Shown here piece after piece: positions 46,615 through 56,292 of a stretch of DNA of 64,000 nucleotides; the first letter of the stretch is position 1; each line of letters opens with the position of its first letter. The translations under genes and the position numbers were made by a program. Below the pieces are notes generated by a model, which searched no databases, was not told the origin of the DNA, and saw nothing but the letters and a program-made list of their open reading frames with translations. Origin of the DNA: Patescibacteria group bacterium (lineage in GTDB: Bacteria; Patescibacteriota; Patescibacteriia; Magasanikbacterales; JBBTQS01); the NCBI GenBank assembly GCA_038065555.1, contig JBBTQS010000001.1, forward strand, positions 467,901 through 531,900, in the 5' to 3' direction.

Positions 46615-47793
46615 ATGAACACCTTTTTTACACAGGTCAAAGTGGACAAGTCTGGCCGAGCACGCCTGGGCATCATTCACACAGATCACGGCGATATCGA
46701 AACGCCGGTTTTCATGCCCGTTGGAACACAGGCTACAGTGAAGGCGCTAGGCAATGACGATCTACTCGCTGCAGATGCTTCGATTATTCTTGGTAACACG
46801 TATCACTTGCATCTGCGTCCAGGAGAAGACCGCATCGCAGCACTTGGAGGACTCCACGCATTCATGAATTGGCAACGACCGATGCTCACTGACTCCGGTG
46901 GATTCCAGGTGTTGTCCCTCGGCGCACAGATGGCACGCAACGGTGGTGAGGATGCGAAGAATCAAATGGCGCGTATCGACGAGGACGGTGTGACATTCCG
47001 CTCACACATCGACGGATCAACACACCGATTCACCCCAGAATCCTCTATTGGTGTTCAAAAAAAACTCGGCGCAGATATTATCATGGCATTTGACGAATGC
47101 ACGCCCGATGACGCTGATCATGACTATGCGTCACGCGCCATTGGCCGTACACATCGATGGGCTGAGGAATCTGTAGCAGCATTTCAATCGATCCCGCAGG
47201 TGCATGCGCATCGACAATTTTTGTTCGGTATTATTCAGGGAGCCAACCATGCAGACTTGCGTGTGGAGTCTGCGAAGTTCATCACCGCACTCCCCTTCGA
47301 CGGCATCGCCATTGGCGGCGAATCAATTGGATACAACATGGCAGCAACGCGTGAGACACTTGATCTCCTCGCACAATATCTCCCAGAGGACAAACCACGC
47401 TACACCATGGGCGTTGGTTCCTCACCACAAGATCTCTTCGATGTTGTCGAGCGCGGTGTAGATATGTTCGACTGTGTTGCGCCAACACGACTCGCTCGCA
47501 ACGGTGCTCTCTATTCGCGCGCAGCAGGAGCCGAAAAAAAGTTTCGCATCAATATCACTAACGCGCCATTTGCCGAGGACTCGCGCCCAATCGAGGAAGG
47601 CTGCACATGCTACACCTGCCAGAATCACACACGTGCGTACCTCCACCACCTCTTTGCAGCAGACGAATTGCTCGCCATGCGTCTGGCATCAATTCACAAT
47701 GTCTTCTTCATGCTCGAGTTGATGAGAAATATCCGTGCGGCGATTGCACGAGACGAATTCCTATCATTCAAAGAGAGCTGGCAAAAATCATAG
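46615..47793 (+). CDS. tgt: Queuine tRNA-ribosyltransferase
   Basis: …GRARLGIIHTDHGDIETPVFMPVGTQATVK…LAMRLASIHN… and a C-terminal Zn-site CxCxxC…H region (CTCYTCQNHTRAYLHH). Confidence 0.93.
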   Translation: MNTFFTQVKVDKSGRARLGIIHTDHGDIETPVFMPVGTQATVKALGNDDLLAADASIILGNTYHLHLRPGEDRIAALGGLHAFMNWQRPMLTDSGGFQVLSLGAQMARNGGEDAKNQMARIDEDGVTFRSHIDGSTHRFTPESSIGVQKKLGADIIMAFDECTPDDADHDYASRAIGRTHRWAEESVAAFQSIPQVHAHRQFLFGIIQGANHADLRVESAKFITALPFDGIAIGGESIGYNMAATRETLDLLAQYLPEDKPRYTMGVGSSPQDLFDVVERGVDMFDCVAPTRLARNGALYSRAAGAEKKFRINITNAPFAEDSRPIEEGCTCYTCQNHTRAYLHHLFAADELLAMRLASIHNVFFMLELMRNIRAAIARDEFLSFKESWQKS

Positions 47794-47970
47794 GCACTAA
47801 ATCCTCGGAGCACAACGTCCCATTCCCTCACCAGGAATGGGCGTCTCGTTCTCGGGCAGCCAGATAACGCTTCACGCCTTGCGGCGCGTACTGCTGGCTG
47901 GCTACCCTCCGAAAGTCTCCGAGAATTCAGTGCCTATGATTTTTGCCAGCTGCCACTGATTGATAGGTAC

Positions 47971-47999
47971 TTGACACGTGCAATCACCCCTGGTAGAGT
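47971..47999 (+). promoter_or_regulatory. Sigma-70-like promoter for the 48022 gene: TTGACA, 17-nt spacer, TAGAGT.
   Basis: Read directly. It is followed by RBS AAGGAGGGAAG 6 nt before the ATG. Confidence 0.55.
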
Positions 48000-48021
48000 C
48001 TTCGCACAAGGAGGGAAGCCG

Positions 48022-48366
48022 ATGCCAACATCTCGTAGCATCGCGCTTGCTTGTGCAGTACTCTTGCTTGCATTAGACGTGGCTGCGCTGAGCCTGAGCT
48101 CCCTAGAGGGCCTGGTACTCGGTCGCAGACAAGCGCCACAACGGTTCTTCGGTACAGCGTCTCCAGACGTGCCGCTGCCTGTTGTGACGGTCGAGGCAAG
48201 TAGCCCATTTATCCTCGAACACGCTGTTGAAGTCTCCAGAGAGCGGGACGCAACGACAACGGCGAGCTCGAGGTGGATGCGAGAATGCACAGGCAAACGA
48301 GCCCGGTTTCGGGGTCCTCCCTTGCGATGTCCTGAACGACGTCGCGCGAGGGATCCCCCGAGGTAG
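48022..48366 (+). CDS. Small secreted protein of 115 aa with a signal peptide and an Arg-rich C-terminus. Very GC-rich.
   Basis: The strong RBS, own promoter and own terminator (hairpin plus GTTTTTCTTATTTT at about 48372-48420) support a real gene. The signal peptide is MPTSRSIALACAVLLLALDVAALS. No family match. Confidence 0.5.
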   Translation: MPTSRSIALACAVLLLALDVAALSLSSLEGLVLGRRQAPQRFFGTASPDVPLPVVTVEASSPFILEHAVEVSRERDATTTASSRWMRECTGKRARFRGPPLRCPERRRARDPPR

Positions 48367-48433
48367 GGTGTTCGGCGGTTCACACATGTGAGCCGCCGTT
48401 TTTCTTATTTTAGACAAAATTGGGGTGTTAATA

Positions 48434-48462
48434 TTGACAAAACGCATTTTTTGTGCTATATT
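48434..48462 (+). promoter_or_regulatory. Sigma-70-like promoter for the 48508 gene: TTGACA, 17-nt spacer, TATATT.
   Basis: Consensus hexamers read directly. RBS GAGGTG lies 8 nt before the ATG. Confidence 0.6.
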
Positions 48463-48507
48463 CTTGGGTCGTGTAATTTCGCACGGCCAGTTCTAGAGGT
48501 GTTTCCC

Positions 48508-49101
48508 ATGCGTCTTTCCAAGATGATTCTCGCGCTTGTCCTCATGTTCGTTGGCCTCGTGACTGACACGGCGGCGGCGGATCGGGGTCGGGGTGGATAC
48601 CGTGTCCGGACCCATTCGCATCGGACGTACCATCGTCCGGTACGGGTGCGACGTGTGCGCAGCCACAACTATATCCGCGCCCCGCGCGTGGTGTTCGTGG
48701 CTCCGGCGCCGGTCGTGTTCGTACGCCAGCGCCCGCAGTACGTGTATGAGGCTCCGGCCGAGCAGGTCGCGCAGCCTAGCAACTCCCCGCTCACGCCGGA
48801 GCAGTACGCGCCGGTGTGCGGCGCCGACGGGATGACGTACTTCAACAAGTACGTCGCTCTCAAGTGGACTGCGAGCGTGCGCCACGAAGGTGAGTGCACT
48901 GTGGGCGAGGCGCAAGCGGGTTACTACTCGCTGCGCAGCACCAAGAGCATTCGCTGGATGTTCGCGCAGGGGGCGAAGCGCACGTACGGGACAACCGGCG
49001 TATGCTTCTCGACCGCAGACTGTCTCGACACGGAGACGTGTCAGTCGGTGCCTGACGAGGCCGACCAGTACTGCAAGCACAGCAAGAACCAAAACGAGTA
49101 G
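48508..49101 (+). CDS. Secreted protein of 197 aa with a signal peptide, an Arg/His/Val-rich low-complexity region and a Kazal-like domain. About 66% GC.
   Basis: Signal peptide MRLSKMILALVLMFVGLVTDTAAA. The stretch PVCGADGMTYFNKYVALKWTASVRHEGEC resembles the Kazal protease-inhibitor core (C-G-x-D-G-x-T-Y-x-N). There are further cysteines C-terminally. A terminator follows at about 49115-49160. Confidence 0.55.
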   Translation: MRLSKMILALVLMFVGLVTDTAAADRGRGGYRVRTHSHRTYHRPVRVRRVRSHNYIRAPRVVFVAPAPVVFVRQRPQYVYEAPAEQVAQPSNSPLTPEQYAPVCGADGMTYFNKYVALKWTASVRHEGECTVGEAQAGYYSLRSTKSIRWMFAQGAKRTYGTTGVCFSTADCLDTETCQSVPDEADQYCKHSKNQNE

Positions 49102-49169
49102 TCGATCGCGCAACGCGACGACACTCGGCGGCGACCTATTTCCTGATGGAGATATGGTCGCCGTTTGTT

Positions 49170-50201
49170 TTAGAGAATCAACATCGCGTCGCCGAAGCTA
49201 TAAAAAAAGTATTCGCGTGCAATGGCATCGTCATACGCAGCACGAATGTGCTCGCGACCGGCGAAGGCGCTCACGAGTACCAGGAGTGTGGACTTGGGCA
49301 AATGAAAATTAGTGATCATGGCGTTGATCACGCGAAACGTAAACCCAGGCTTGATAAAACAATTCACGTCCCCTACGTACGAGCAGAGTTCGCCACCGTG
49401 CATTGCAGCCACACCCTCGAGTGTGCGGACAGTGGTGGTGCCTACAGCAACGACGCGCTTGCCTGCGCGGTGAGCTGCCGCAATTGCTTCAACGGTTGCG
49501 GTCGTGACTTCTACCCACTCGCTGTGCATTTCGTGCTCCTCGATGGTATCTGTCTTCATGGGTTGGAACGTGCCGATGCCGACGTGGAGTGTTACTTCGG
49601 CGAACTGTACTCCGCGCTCGCGCAGTGTCGCAATTAATTCCTCCGTGAAATGAAATCCTGCAGTAGGGGCAGCAACCGATCCTTCGGCGGTTGCATACAC
49701 TGTCTGGTACTGCGCAATTTCGGTTGGCTCAGCACCAACGTAGGGTGGCACCGGAATGTGACCATAGCGATTGCTCAACTCGCGCACTGCGGCTGGGTCG
49801 AGCTCGAATCGAACATACACCCGGCCGTCTTCCCCCTTATCAACAATCACACAGGAGAAATCCTCTGCAAATTGCACAATGTCTCCCACGTGCGCCTTGC
49901 GACCTGGACGCATGAGGGTTTGCCACACACCATCAGCGGTGTGGCGCAACAAAAAAACTTCGATCTCAGCGCCGCTCGGAAGATGCCCGAAGAGTCGAGC
50001 CTTGAACACCTTGGTGTTGTTCCACACCAGCAGGTCTCCAGGTTCTAGATATTCGACGATGTCGCGAAACACGCGATGCTCGCGCTCCCCTGTCTCACGG
50101 TTGAGCACTAAAAGTTGGCACGCGTCGCGTGGCTCCTTGAGCTGCTGCCCGATGCGTGATTCTGGGAGTTCGTAATCGTATTCACCTACCGACGTTGCCA
50201 T
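49170..50201 (-). CDS. queA: S-adenosylmethionine:tRNA ribosyltransferase-isomerase
   Basis: MATSVGEYDYELPESRIGQQLKEPRDACQLLVL… and the length (343 aa) are typical of QueA. Confidence 0.9.
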   Translation of the reverse strand: MATSVGEYDYELPESRIGQQLKEPRDACQLLVLNRETGEREHRVFRDIVEYLEPGDLLVWNNTKVFKARLFGHLPSGAEIEVFLLRHTADGVWQTLMRPGRKAHVGDIVQFAEDFSCVIVDKGEDGRVYVRFELDPAAVRELSNRYGHIPVPPYVGAEPTEIAQYQTVYATAEGSVAAPTAGFHFTEELIATLRERGVQFAEVTLHVGIGTFQPMKTDTIEEHEMHSEWVEVTTATVEAIAAAHRAGKRVVAVGTTTVRTLEGVAAMHGGELCSYVGDVNCFIKPGFTFRVINAMITNFHLPKSTLLVLVSAFAGREHIRAAYDDAIAREYFFYSFGDAMLIL

Positions 50202-50204
50202 ACA

Positions 50205-51290
50205 CTAGAGATACTTGCGGTTGGCTACATGTTCTTCGAACGTGCTTCCGTAATATACGGTTCCATCCTTGCTGGTTAGGAAAAACCATTTGTTGTTCGG
50301 AAGCGGATTGAGCACTGCGCGGATCGAATCGAGGCTCGGATTGTTGATCGGGCCTGGTGGAAGACCACGATGCTTGTACGTGTTATACGGCGATGTGTTC
50401 TTGATATCCTGCGCGCTTGCTGAAGGTGTATTCTTCTCGGTGATGTAGTTGACGCTGGAATCAACCTGCAATGGCCATTGGCCCTCGAGCCTGCGCCACA
50501 TAATGTCCGCAACTCTGCGGCGATCCTCAGTGCCACGTACTTCTGCTTCAACAATACTTGCCATGGTGAGCACCTCGAAGAACGAATAGTTCTTGTAGAA
50601 TCTGTCGCTTGTGATGTCCCCGCTCGTAACCCCTTTCACCTTGTCCTGCATCTCAACCATTGCTTTCTCAATAATTTCATCAACTGTTGCGTTGGCAAAC
50701 ACGCGATACGTGTCCGGGAAAATAAATCCTTCGGCAGAGACATTCTGTGGACGCGTCTCCAGTACACCAAGATCAGGAAGTGATCGCTCTGGCGCGCCAA
50801 CGCCTGACACATACACGCGCGCGGGAACTCCTGTGACCTTGTAGAGTTCCTCTGGACTCTCAATGACTTGCTCGCGTACCAGATAACTCGCGATATCACG
50901 CAAATCCCAACCTTCGATGAACGTGAGTGATTTCTCTTGGCTCTCATTCTGACTGGTGAACGTTGCGAGGAGCTCAATAATACTCTCATTGCGTGGCACA
51001 GTGAACAAACCTGCTCTGATCGAGCGATCTGCGTCCGTCGCCTTGGCAGCAAATTCAAAAAGCCAAATATCCTTCGAAGGCAGCGCATCAAGACGTGCTA
51101 ATTCCTCTGCAACTGATCGCACTGACGCACCCTTCTGAATGACCACACTCACTTCTCCCTCACCATCACGCAGCCATAGAGGCCATACGATCATGAAGAA
51201 GGTACACAGAACCACCACAGCAACAGCAATAATCCATTGAGACGTACGCGGACGACGAGCAGTTGCGTGCAAGCTGGTGGTAATGGGCAT
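50205..51290 (-). CDS. mltG: Endolytic murein transglycosylase MltG (YceG-like)
   Basis: N-terminal TM helix followed by a YceG domain (…NPSLDSIRAVLNP…YYGSTFEEHVANRKYL). Confidence 0.8.
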   Translation of the reverse strand: MPITTSLHATARRPRTSQWIIAVAVVVLCTFFMIVWPLWLRDGEGEVSVVIQKGASVRSVAEELARLDALPSKDIWLFEFAAKATDADRSIRAGLFTVPRNESIIELLATFTSQNESQEKSLTFIEGWDLRDIASYLVREQVIESPEELYKVTGVPARVYVSGVGAPERSLPDLGVLETRPQNVSAEGFIFPDTYRVFANATVDEIIEKAMVEMQDKVKGVTSGDITSDRFYKNYSFFEVLTMASIVEAEVRGTEDRRRVADIMWRRLEGQWPLQVDSSVNYITEKNTPSASAQDIKNTSPYNTYKHRGLPPGPINNPSLDSIRAVLNPLPNNKWFFLTSKDGTVYYGSTFEEHVANRKYL

Positions 51291-51301
51291 GAAGGAGATG
51301 A

Positions 51302-52390
51302 TTAGAGATGACGAGGACCGTCTTCGTGGTCGGAAATTTTCTTGATAAGCGCTTTGAGTTCACCTGACTTCTCTGCCGGACAGATGAGCAGTACATCCTC
51401 GGTGTCTACTACGATTGTATCGTCCATGCCAAGGATTGCAACCATCTTTCCTTCTGGTGCAAACACGAGATTACCTGCAGATTCGTGCGACACAATGTTG
51501 CCACGATGCACGTTGCCTTCTTCGTTCTTTTCCATCAAGTGCTTGATCGTCTGCCACTTGCCTACATCACTCCACTGCATGGATGTGTCGACAACAGTGG
51601 TGAGCTCGGAGACGTGCTGCATGAGCATTGTCTCGATGGTCTCAGATGGAATCTGCGCATACGCTTGGTGGACTGCTGCGCTGTCCGATTTGCCCATGGC
51701 TTCTACAGCCTGCTGTGCTGCAGCCCAGATTTCTGGCTTGTACTGTTCCCACAATCGCGCTGCAGTGCCGAGTGTCCATCCATACATTCCGATGTGCGCG
51801 AAGTAGCGACCTGTGGCGATGAGTTCGCGGCTGCGAGCTTGGTCAGGCTTCTCCACCCAATCTGCGATGAGTGTGACACTGTGACCCGGCGTCTCGTCCA
51901 CAAGTGTTCCGGTGCTCACATACGTGTAGCCATCACTTGGCACAACCGGCAATGTCGATGGAGCAACGACGTACTCGTCATGATCCTTGAGGAATTGTTC
52001 GATGTCTTGCATGAGCATGCGAAATGCTCCTTCGTCTCCAATATAATCATCAGACGGGATCGTCATGATGACGGTCTTCTCGTCCACTCCTTGGCTACGC
52101 AAGTATGCAGTCTCGAGGGCAATAGCAGCGCCGGTGTTGCGGGCTTCAGGCTCAAGAATATAATTCTTCGACGGAACCTCAGGGAGCAACTCGGCAAGTG
52201 CTTCTACATATTCTTCATTACAAGAAACATACACATCATTACAGGATGCAAGAAGGCTATACACGCGCTCAAACGCCATGCGCAAGAGCACGCGATTGCC
52301 AAAAATGGTCTGGAACTGCTTTGGTTTGTGACGACGAGAAAGTGGCCACAAACGCGTCCCGTGTCCTCCTGCGCGGATAACAATTTTCAT
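51302..52390 (-). CDS. Mannose-1-phosphate guanylyltransferase-like sugar nucleotidyltransferase
   Basis: MKIVIRAGGHGTRLWPLSRRHKPKQF is the nucleotidyltransferase G-rich loop. 362 aa with a C-terminal cupin-less beta-helix-like region. Confidence 0.75.
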   Translation of the reverse strand: MKIVIRAGGHGTRLWPLSRRHKPKQFQTIFGNRVLLRMAFERVYSLLASCNDVYVSCNEEYVEALAELLPEVPSKNYILEPEARNTGAAIALETAYLRSQGVDEKTVIMTIPSDDYIGDEGAFRMLMQDIEQFLKDHDEYVVAPSTLPVVPSDGYTYVSTGTLVDETPGHSVTLIADWVEKPDQARSRELIATGRYFAHIGMYGWTLGTAARLWEQYKPEIWAAAQQAVEAMGKSDSAAVHQAYAQIPSETIETMLMQHVSELTTVVDTSMQWSDVGKWQTIKHLMEKNEEGNVHRGNIVSHESAGNLVFAPEGKMVAILGMDDTIVVDTEDVLLICPAEKSGELKALIKKISDHEDGPRHL

Positions 52391-52399
52391 ACAGTTCTA

Positions 52400-53998
52400 C
52401 TAGATTAACGGACTGCCGGTCATGTCGTTGGGCTGCGGCACCTGGAGAATTTTTAGCACGGTTGGGGCAACGTCGGCAAGAATGCCAACAGGAGGGAGTA
52501 CACTGAGGTCTCCTTCGATCACATCCCCTGTTCCACCGCGAACACCCTCCCACTGTCGACCAATGATCACAAACGGAATTGGATTGGTACTGTGTTCCTT
52601 GTCCATCACGCCTGTCTGCACGTTGACAAGCTCTTCGCCGTTGCCATGATCTGCGGTAATGAGCAACACACCACCTTTGGCGAGTGTCACATCGACAATT
52701 TTGCCGATACATGTGTCGAGTACTTCCATGGCCTTCACCGTGGCATCGAGCTTGCCTGTGTGTGCGACCATGTCGGCGTTGGCATAATTCATCACGATGA
52801 AGTCGTACTTCTCCGATTCAATAGCACGAACTGTTGCATCAGTGACTTGATGTGCAGACATCGCAGGCTCGAGATCATACGAAGCGACCTTGGGTGATGG
52901 AATGATCTGTCGATCTTCTCCAGGAAATGGTTCTTCGCGCGTGCCGTTGAGGAAGAATGTGACGTGCGCGTATTTCTCTGTCTCTGCAATATGGAACTGC
53001 TTGAGACCAGCATCACTGATAGACTCAGCCAGTCCATTGTGTACAACCTGTGGAGGAAATGCGACGTGTGTGGGCAGTCCTTGCTCGTACTCTGCCATGG
53101 TTGCAAAAAAGAGATTCTGCACTGGCGCGCGTTCGAATTTCTCGAATGTTGGAATCACAAAGGCCTGTGCCAACTGTCGTGCTCTGTCTGGGCGAAAATT
53201 CGTGAAGATCACTGCGTCGTTGTCGCCCACCTTTGCCACAGGTGCGCCACTCTTTGTCACAACGGTTGTAGGCGCAAATTCCTCGTCATAGACTTTGTGA
53301 TCGTACGAGGCAGTCATTGCTGCGACTGGATCCTGCGCTGTTTCTTTGCTGACACCCTTCACGAGCATGTCGTACGCAAGTTGCACACGATCCCAACGAT
53401 TGTCTCGATCCATTGCGTAGTATCTGCCACAAAGTGATGCGATCTGACCTACGCCGATCTCAGCGATCTTCTGTTGTAGTCGTTCGATACTTCCCTTACC
53501 ACTATTGAATGCAGTATCGCGACCATCGAGAAATGCATGCACAAAGACACGAGTGAGTCCTTGATCCTTTGCGAGCTTGAGTACTGCGTAGATATGCTCT
53601 TCGGAACCATGGACATTGCCTGGACTTGTAATTCCTAGGATGTGGAGTGCGCTGTTATTCTGCTTTGCATGAGCAACTGCGCCCAAGAGCGCTTCGTTCT
53701 GGAAAAATTCTCCGCCAGTAATGCTCTTCTCGATGAGCGGAAGCATTTGGTAATACACACGACCCGCACCAATGTTGAGATGTCCTACTTCTGAGTTGCC
53801 CATTTCACCACGTGAGAGTCCGACGTCTACTCCAGATGCAGTGATTGTCATTGCTGGGTACGTGCGAATCAGACGCGAGAACACGGGCATTTTTGCGCGG
53901 GCAATTGCGTTGCCATCCCCTGCAGGTGCAATACCAAAACCATCACAAATCATGAGCACGACGGGTTTGGGACGATTGGATTGACCAGGAGTTGTCAT
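52400..53998 (-). CDS. gpmI: 2,3-bisphosphoglycerate-independent phosphoglycerate mutase
   Basis: …PVVLMICDGFGIAP…SEVGHLNIGAGR…ADHGN… and the length (532 aa). Confidence 0.93.
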   Translation of the reverse strand: MTTPGQSNRPKPVVLMICDGFGIAPAGDGNAIARAKMPVFSRLIRTYPAMTITASGVDVGLSRGEMGNSEVGHLNIGAGRVYYQMLPLIEKSITGGEFFQNEALLGAVAHAKQNNSALHILGITSPGNVHGSEEHIYAVLKLAKDQGLTRVFVHAFLDGRDTAFNSGKGSIERLQQKIAEIGVGQIASLCGRYYAMDRDNRWDRVQLAYDMLVKGVSKETAQDPVAAMTASYDHKVYDEEFAPTTVVTKSGAPVAKVGDNDAVIFTNFRPDRARQLAQAFVIPTFEKFERAPVQNLFFATMAEYEQGLPTHVAFPPQVVHNGLAESISDAGLKQFHIAETEKYAHVTFFLNGTREEPFPGEDRQIIPSPKVASYDLEPAMSAHQVTDATVRAIESEKYDFIVMNYANADMVAHTGKLDATVKAMEVLDTCIGKIVDVTLAKGGVLLITADHGNGEELVNVQTGVMDKEHSTNPIPFVIIGRQWEGVRGGTGDVIEGDLSVLPPVGILADVAPTVLKILQVPQPNDMTGSPLI

Positions 53999-54009
53999 AC
54001 GGACTTCCG

Positions 54010-55269
54010 TTAGCGAGCGGCGAGTTCTGCTTCGATAGCCATGACGCGATTATATTTCTCTACACGCTCGGAACGAGAAAGCGAACCAGCTTTGAGATAG
54101 TCAGCGTTCACAGCAACTGCGAGATCTGCGATGGTTGTGTCCACTGTCTCGCCACTGCGATGTGAGACAGAGACCTTGTACCCGTGCTTCTTCGCAAGCG
54201 TGATTGCGTCGAGCGTCTCTGTGAGTGTTCCAATCTGATTGACTTTGATGAGAATCGCGTTAGCTACTCCTCGATCAATGCCCATTTGCAGACGCTGTGT
54301 GTTGGTGACGAAGAGGTCGTCGCCGACAATGACGTGCTTGCTCCCGAGCGTGCTGGTGATCTTCGCCCAGTTCTCCCAATCATCTTCAGCAAGTGGATCC
54401 TCAATGGAGACAAATGGGTACTTCTTGCACCATTTGTTCACTGTCTCGATCATTTCTTCGCCAGTAAGTGTGTGATCTGCATGCAGTGCGTACTTGCCAT
54501 CTTTGTAGAATTCAGACGCAGCAATGTCGAGCGCGAGTGAAAAATCTTTGCCTGGCTTGTACCCAGATTTCTCAATAGCACGAACCAGGAATTCAAACGC
54601 CTCTTCCTCCGCCTTGAATGGCGGCGCAAATCCGCCCTCATCCCCTACAGCAACGCTATACCCAGCCTTTGCTCCCATGGATTTGAGTGTCTGAAAAACT
54701 TCTGCGCCCATGCGAACACGCTCCGCGAATTTCTTCGCAAGCGGGAGAATCATGATTTCCTGTACGTTGAGGCCCGAGTTTGCATGACGCCCACCATTGA
54801 TAACGTTCATGGTTGGCTGTGGCATTTGCCACTTCGTCTCCTTGCGATTCCAGAGCGCGCGGATGTAGCGGTACAACGGCTGTTTGCGTGATGCTGCGGC
54901 AGCGTGTGCAACAGCAAGCGAAACTCCGAGAATGGCATTAGCGCCGAGCTTCTTCTTATTAGGTGTTCCATCGAGCTGACACAACATCTCATCAATCTTG
55001 CGCTGCGCTGTTGCGTCCATGCCACGCAGTGCACGAGCAAAAAGTGTGTTCACGTTCTTCACTGCCTTCAACACACCTTTGCCTTGGTAGCGCTTGCTCG
55101 TGGTGTCGCGTAATTCCCACGCTTCGTGGATTCCAGTCGACGCACCTGATGGCACGCTTGCCCAACCATACGATCCGTCAGCGAGACGTACTTCTACTTT
55201 CACCGTAGGATTACCACGGGAGTCGAGGATTTCGGATGCGACGATAGATTTGATAGCTGACTTTTGCAT
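54010..55269 (-). CDS. eno: Enolase
   Basis: …ILDSRGNPTVEV-type N-terminus (ILDSRGNPTVKVEV), …SHRSGETVDTTIADLAVA…, 419 aa. Confidence 0.97.
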   Translation of the reverse strand: MQKSAIKSIVASEILDSRGNPTVKVEVRLADGSYGWASVPSGASTGIHEAWELRDTTSKRYQGKGVLKAVKNVNTLFARALRGMDATAQRKIDEMLCQLDGTPNKKKLGANAILGVSLAVAHAAAASRKQPLYRYIRALWNRKETKWQMPQPTMNVINGGRHANSGLNVQEIMILPLAKKFAERVRMGAEVFQTLKSMGAKAGYSVAVGDEGGFAPPFKAEEEAFEFLVRAIEKSGYKPGKDFSLALDIAASEFYKDGKYALHADHTLTGEEMIETVNKWCKKYPFVSIEDPLAEDDWENWAKITSTLGSKHVIVGDDLFVTNTQRLQMGIDRGVANAILIKVNQIGTLTETLDAITLAKKHGYKVSVSHRSGETVDTTIADLAVAVNADYLKAGSLSRSERVEKYNRVMAIEAELAAR

Positions 55270-55278
55270 ATCTTGTTG

Positions 55279-56283
55279 TTAAACGACTGCTTGAGCGAGC
55301 GCTGTCAGAAGTGCTCTGTGTTCCTTTGTTGCGCGTTCGATACGAGCATTGGTCTCCTGCTCGTGCTGATCTACTACTTCTGTTGCGCGAGCAATTGCAT
55401 CTTCAACACTCTTGCGAACAGTTGGACTCTTCATATCTTGTGCCAAAAGTGCCTCCTTATCACGAAGGAGATTCAAACGAGCAGCATCTCGTGCACGCAG
55501 CGCCTCTGCAGTCGTTCTGTCAAACATATCAACCAACAGAAGTTGCGTCTCCATTATCCTCCCTGCGAGATCTTCACGAGATTCTCTTGCATGCTCTATA
55601 AGCGCGTCAGCAGCACGACGCATATCGCCCGCCCCCTCTTGCAGTTGTTCAACGAACGCTCCAGGCTCGCGCAGCAAATCAGCAGCTCGAAGCGTGTTCA
55701 TTATGTTATCCAGCCACAAGCTCTCGTACTTGGTCCCACCAATTACTCGCTTGAGTTTTGCGCCTACACCCTGGGCATCGAGCGTACGCAATGCATGAAC
55801 TGTCATTCGATACCGCTCGATGTCCCCAGGATTTGGGAGTGAATTTTGATTTGTACCATCTTCTTGCACTGATATCACTCCTGATTCCACTTGTAACTCT
55901 ATCGCGCTTGCAGACGCATCAATCGCTGTATAAATCTCCTGCCGATCCGCTGCGTTAGGTGCGAGAATGCGCACAACATCTAGTATCGACGGAGGATTAT
56001 TCGCCCCCGATTGCGGTGCGCTCTCGGCTCGAACAAATGCATCAGCAACTTGCTGAGCACCAAATCGATCTACAAGTGTCTGCAGTCCACTTTCGGCACA
56101 CTGAAGTAGAGCGTGGCCGCGAGATGACTCTTGCTTGATCGCCCGCTGCTCAGCAATCGCATCTGCAAGAATCTCAGCATGCTCACTTTGAGGCTCCTTC
56201 CCCTCTCGTTCTCGAGATTCGACGATCGCAGCTGCAATCGCTTCCCTGTCACCAGAATGTACCTCGATGGGTTTCCTTGCCAT
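55279..56283 (-). CDS. Hypothetical alpha-helical, coiled-coil-like protein of about 335 aa inserted between pgk and eno
   Basis: Ala/Glu/Arg/Leu-rich with heptad-like stretches. No motif recognised. It abuts the pgk stop. Confidence 0.5.
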   Translation of the reverse strand: MARKPIEVHSGDREAIAAAIVESREREGKEPQSEHAEILADAIAEQRAIKQESSRGHALLQCAESGLQTLVDRFGAQQVADAFVRAESAPQSGANNPPSILDVVRILAPNAADRQEIYTAIDASASAIELQVESGVISVQEDGTNQNSLPNPGDIERYRMTVHALRTLDAQGVGAKLKRVIGGTKYESLWLDNIMNTLRAADLLREPGAFVEQLQEGAGDMRRAADALIEHARESREDLAGRIMETQLLLVDMFDRTTAEALRARDAARLNLLRDKEALLAQDMKSPTVRKSVEDAIARATEVVDQHEQETNARIERATKEHRALLTALAQAVV

Positions 56284-56292
56284 ACAAATCAA

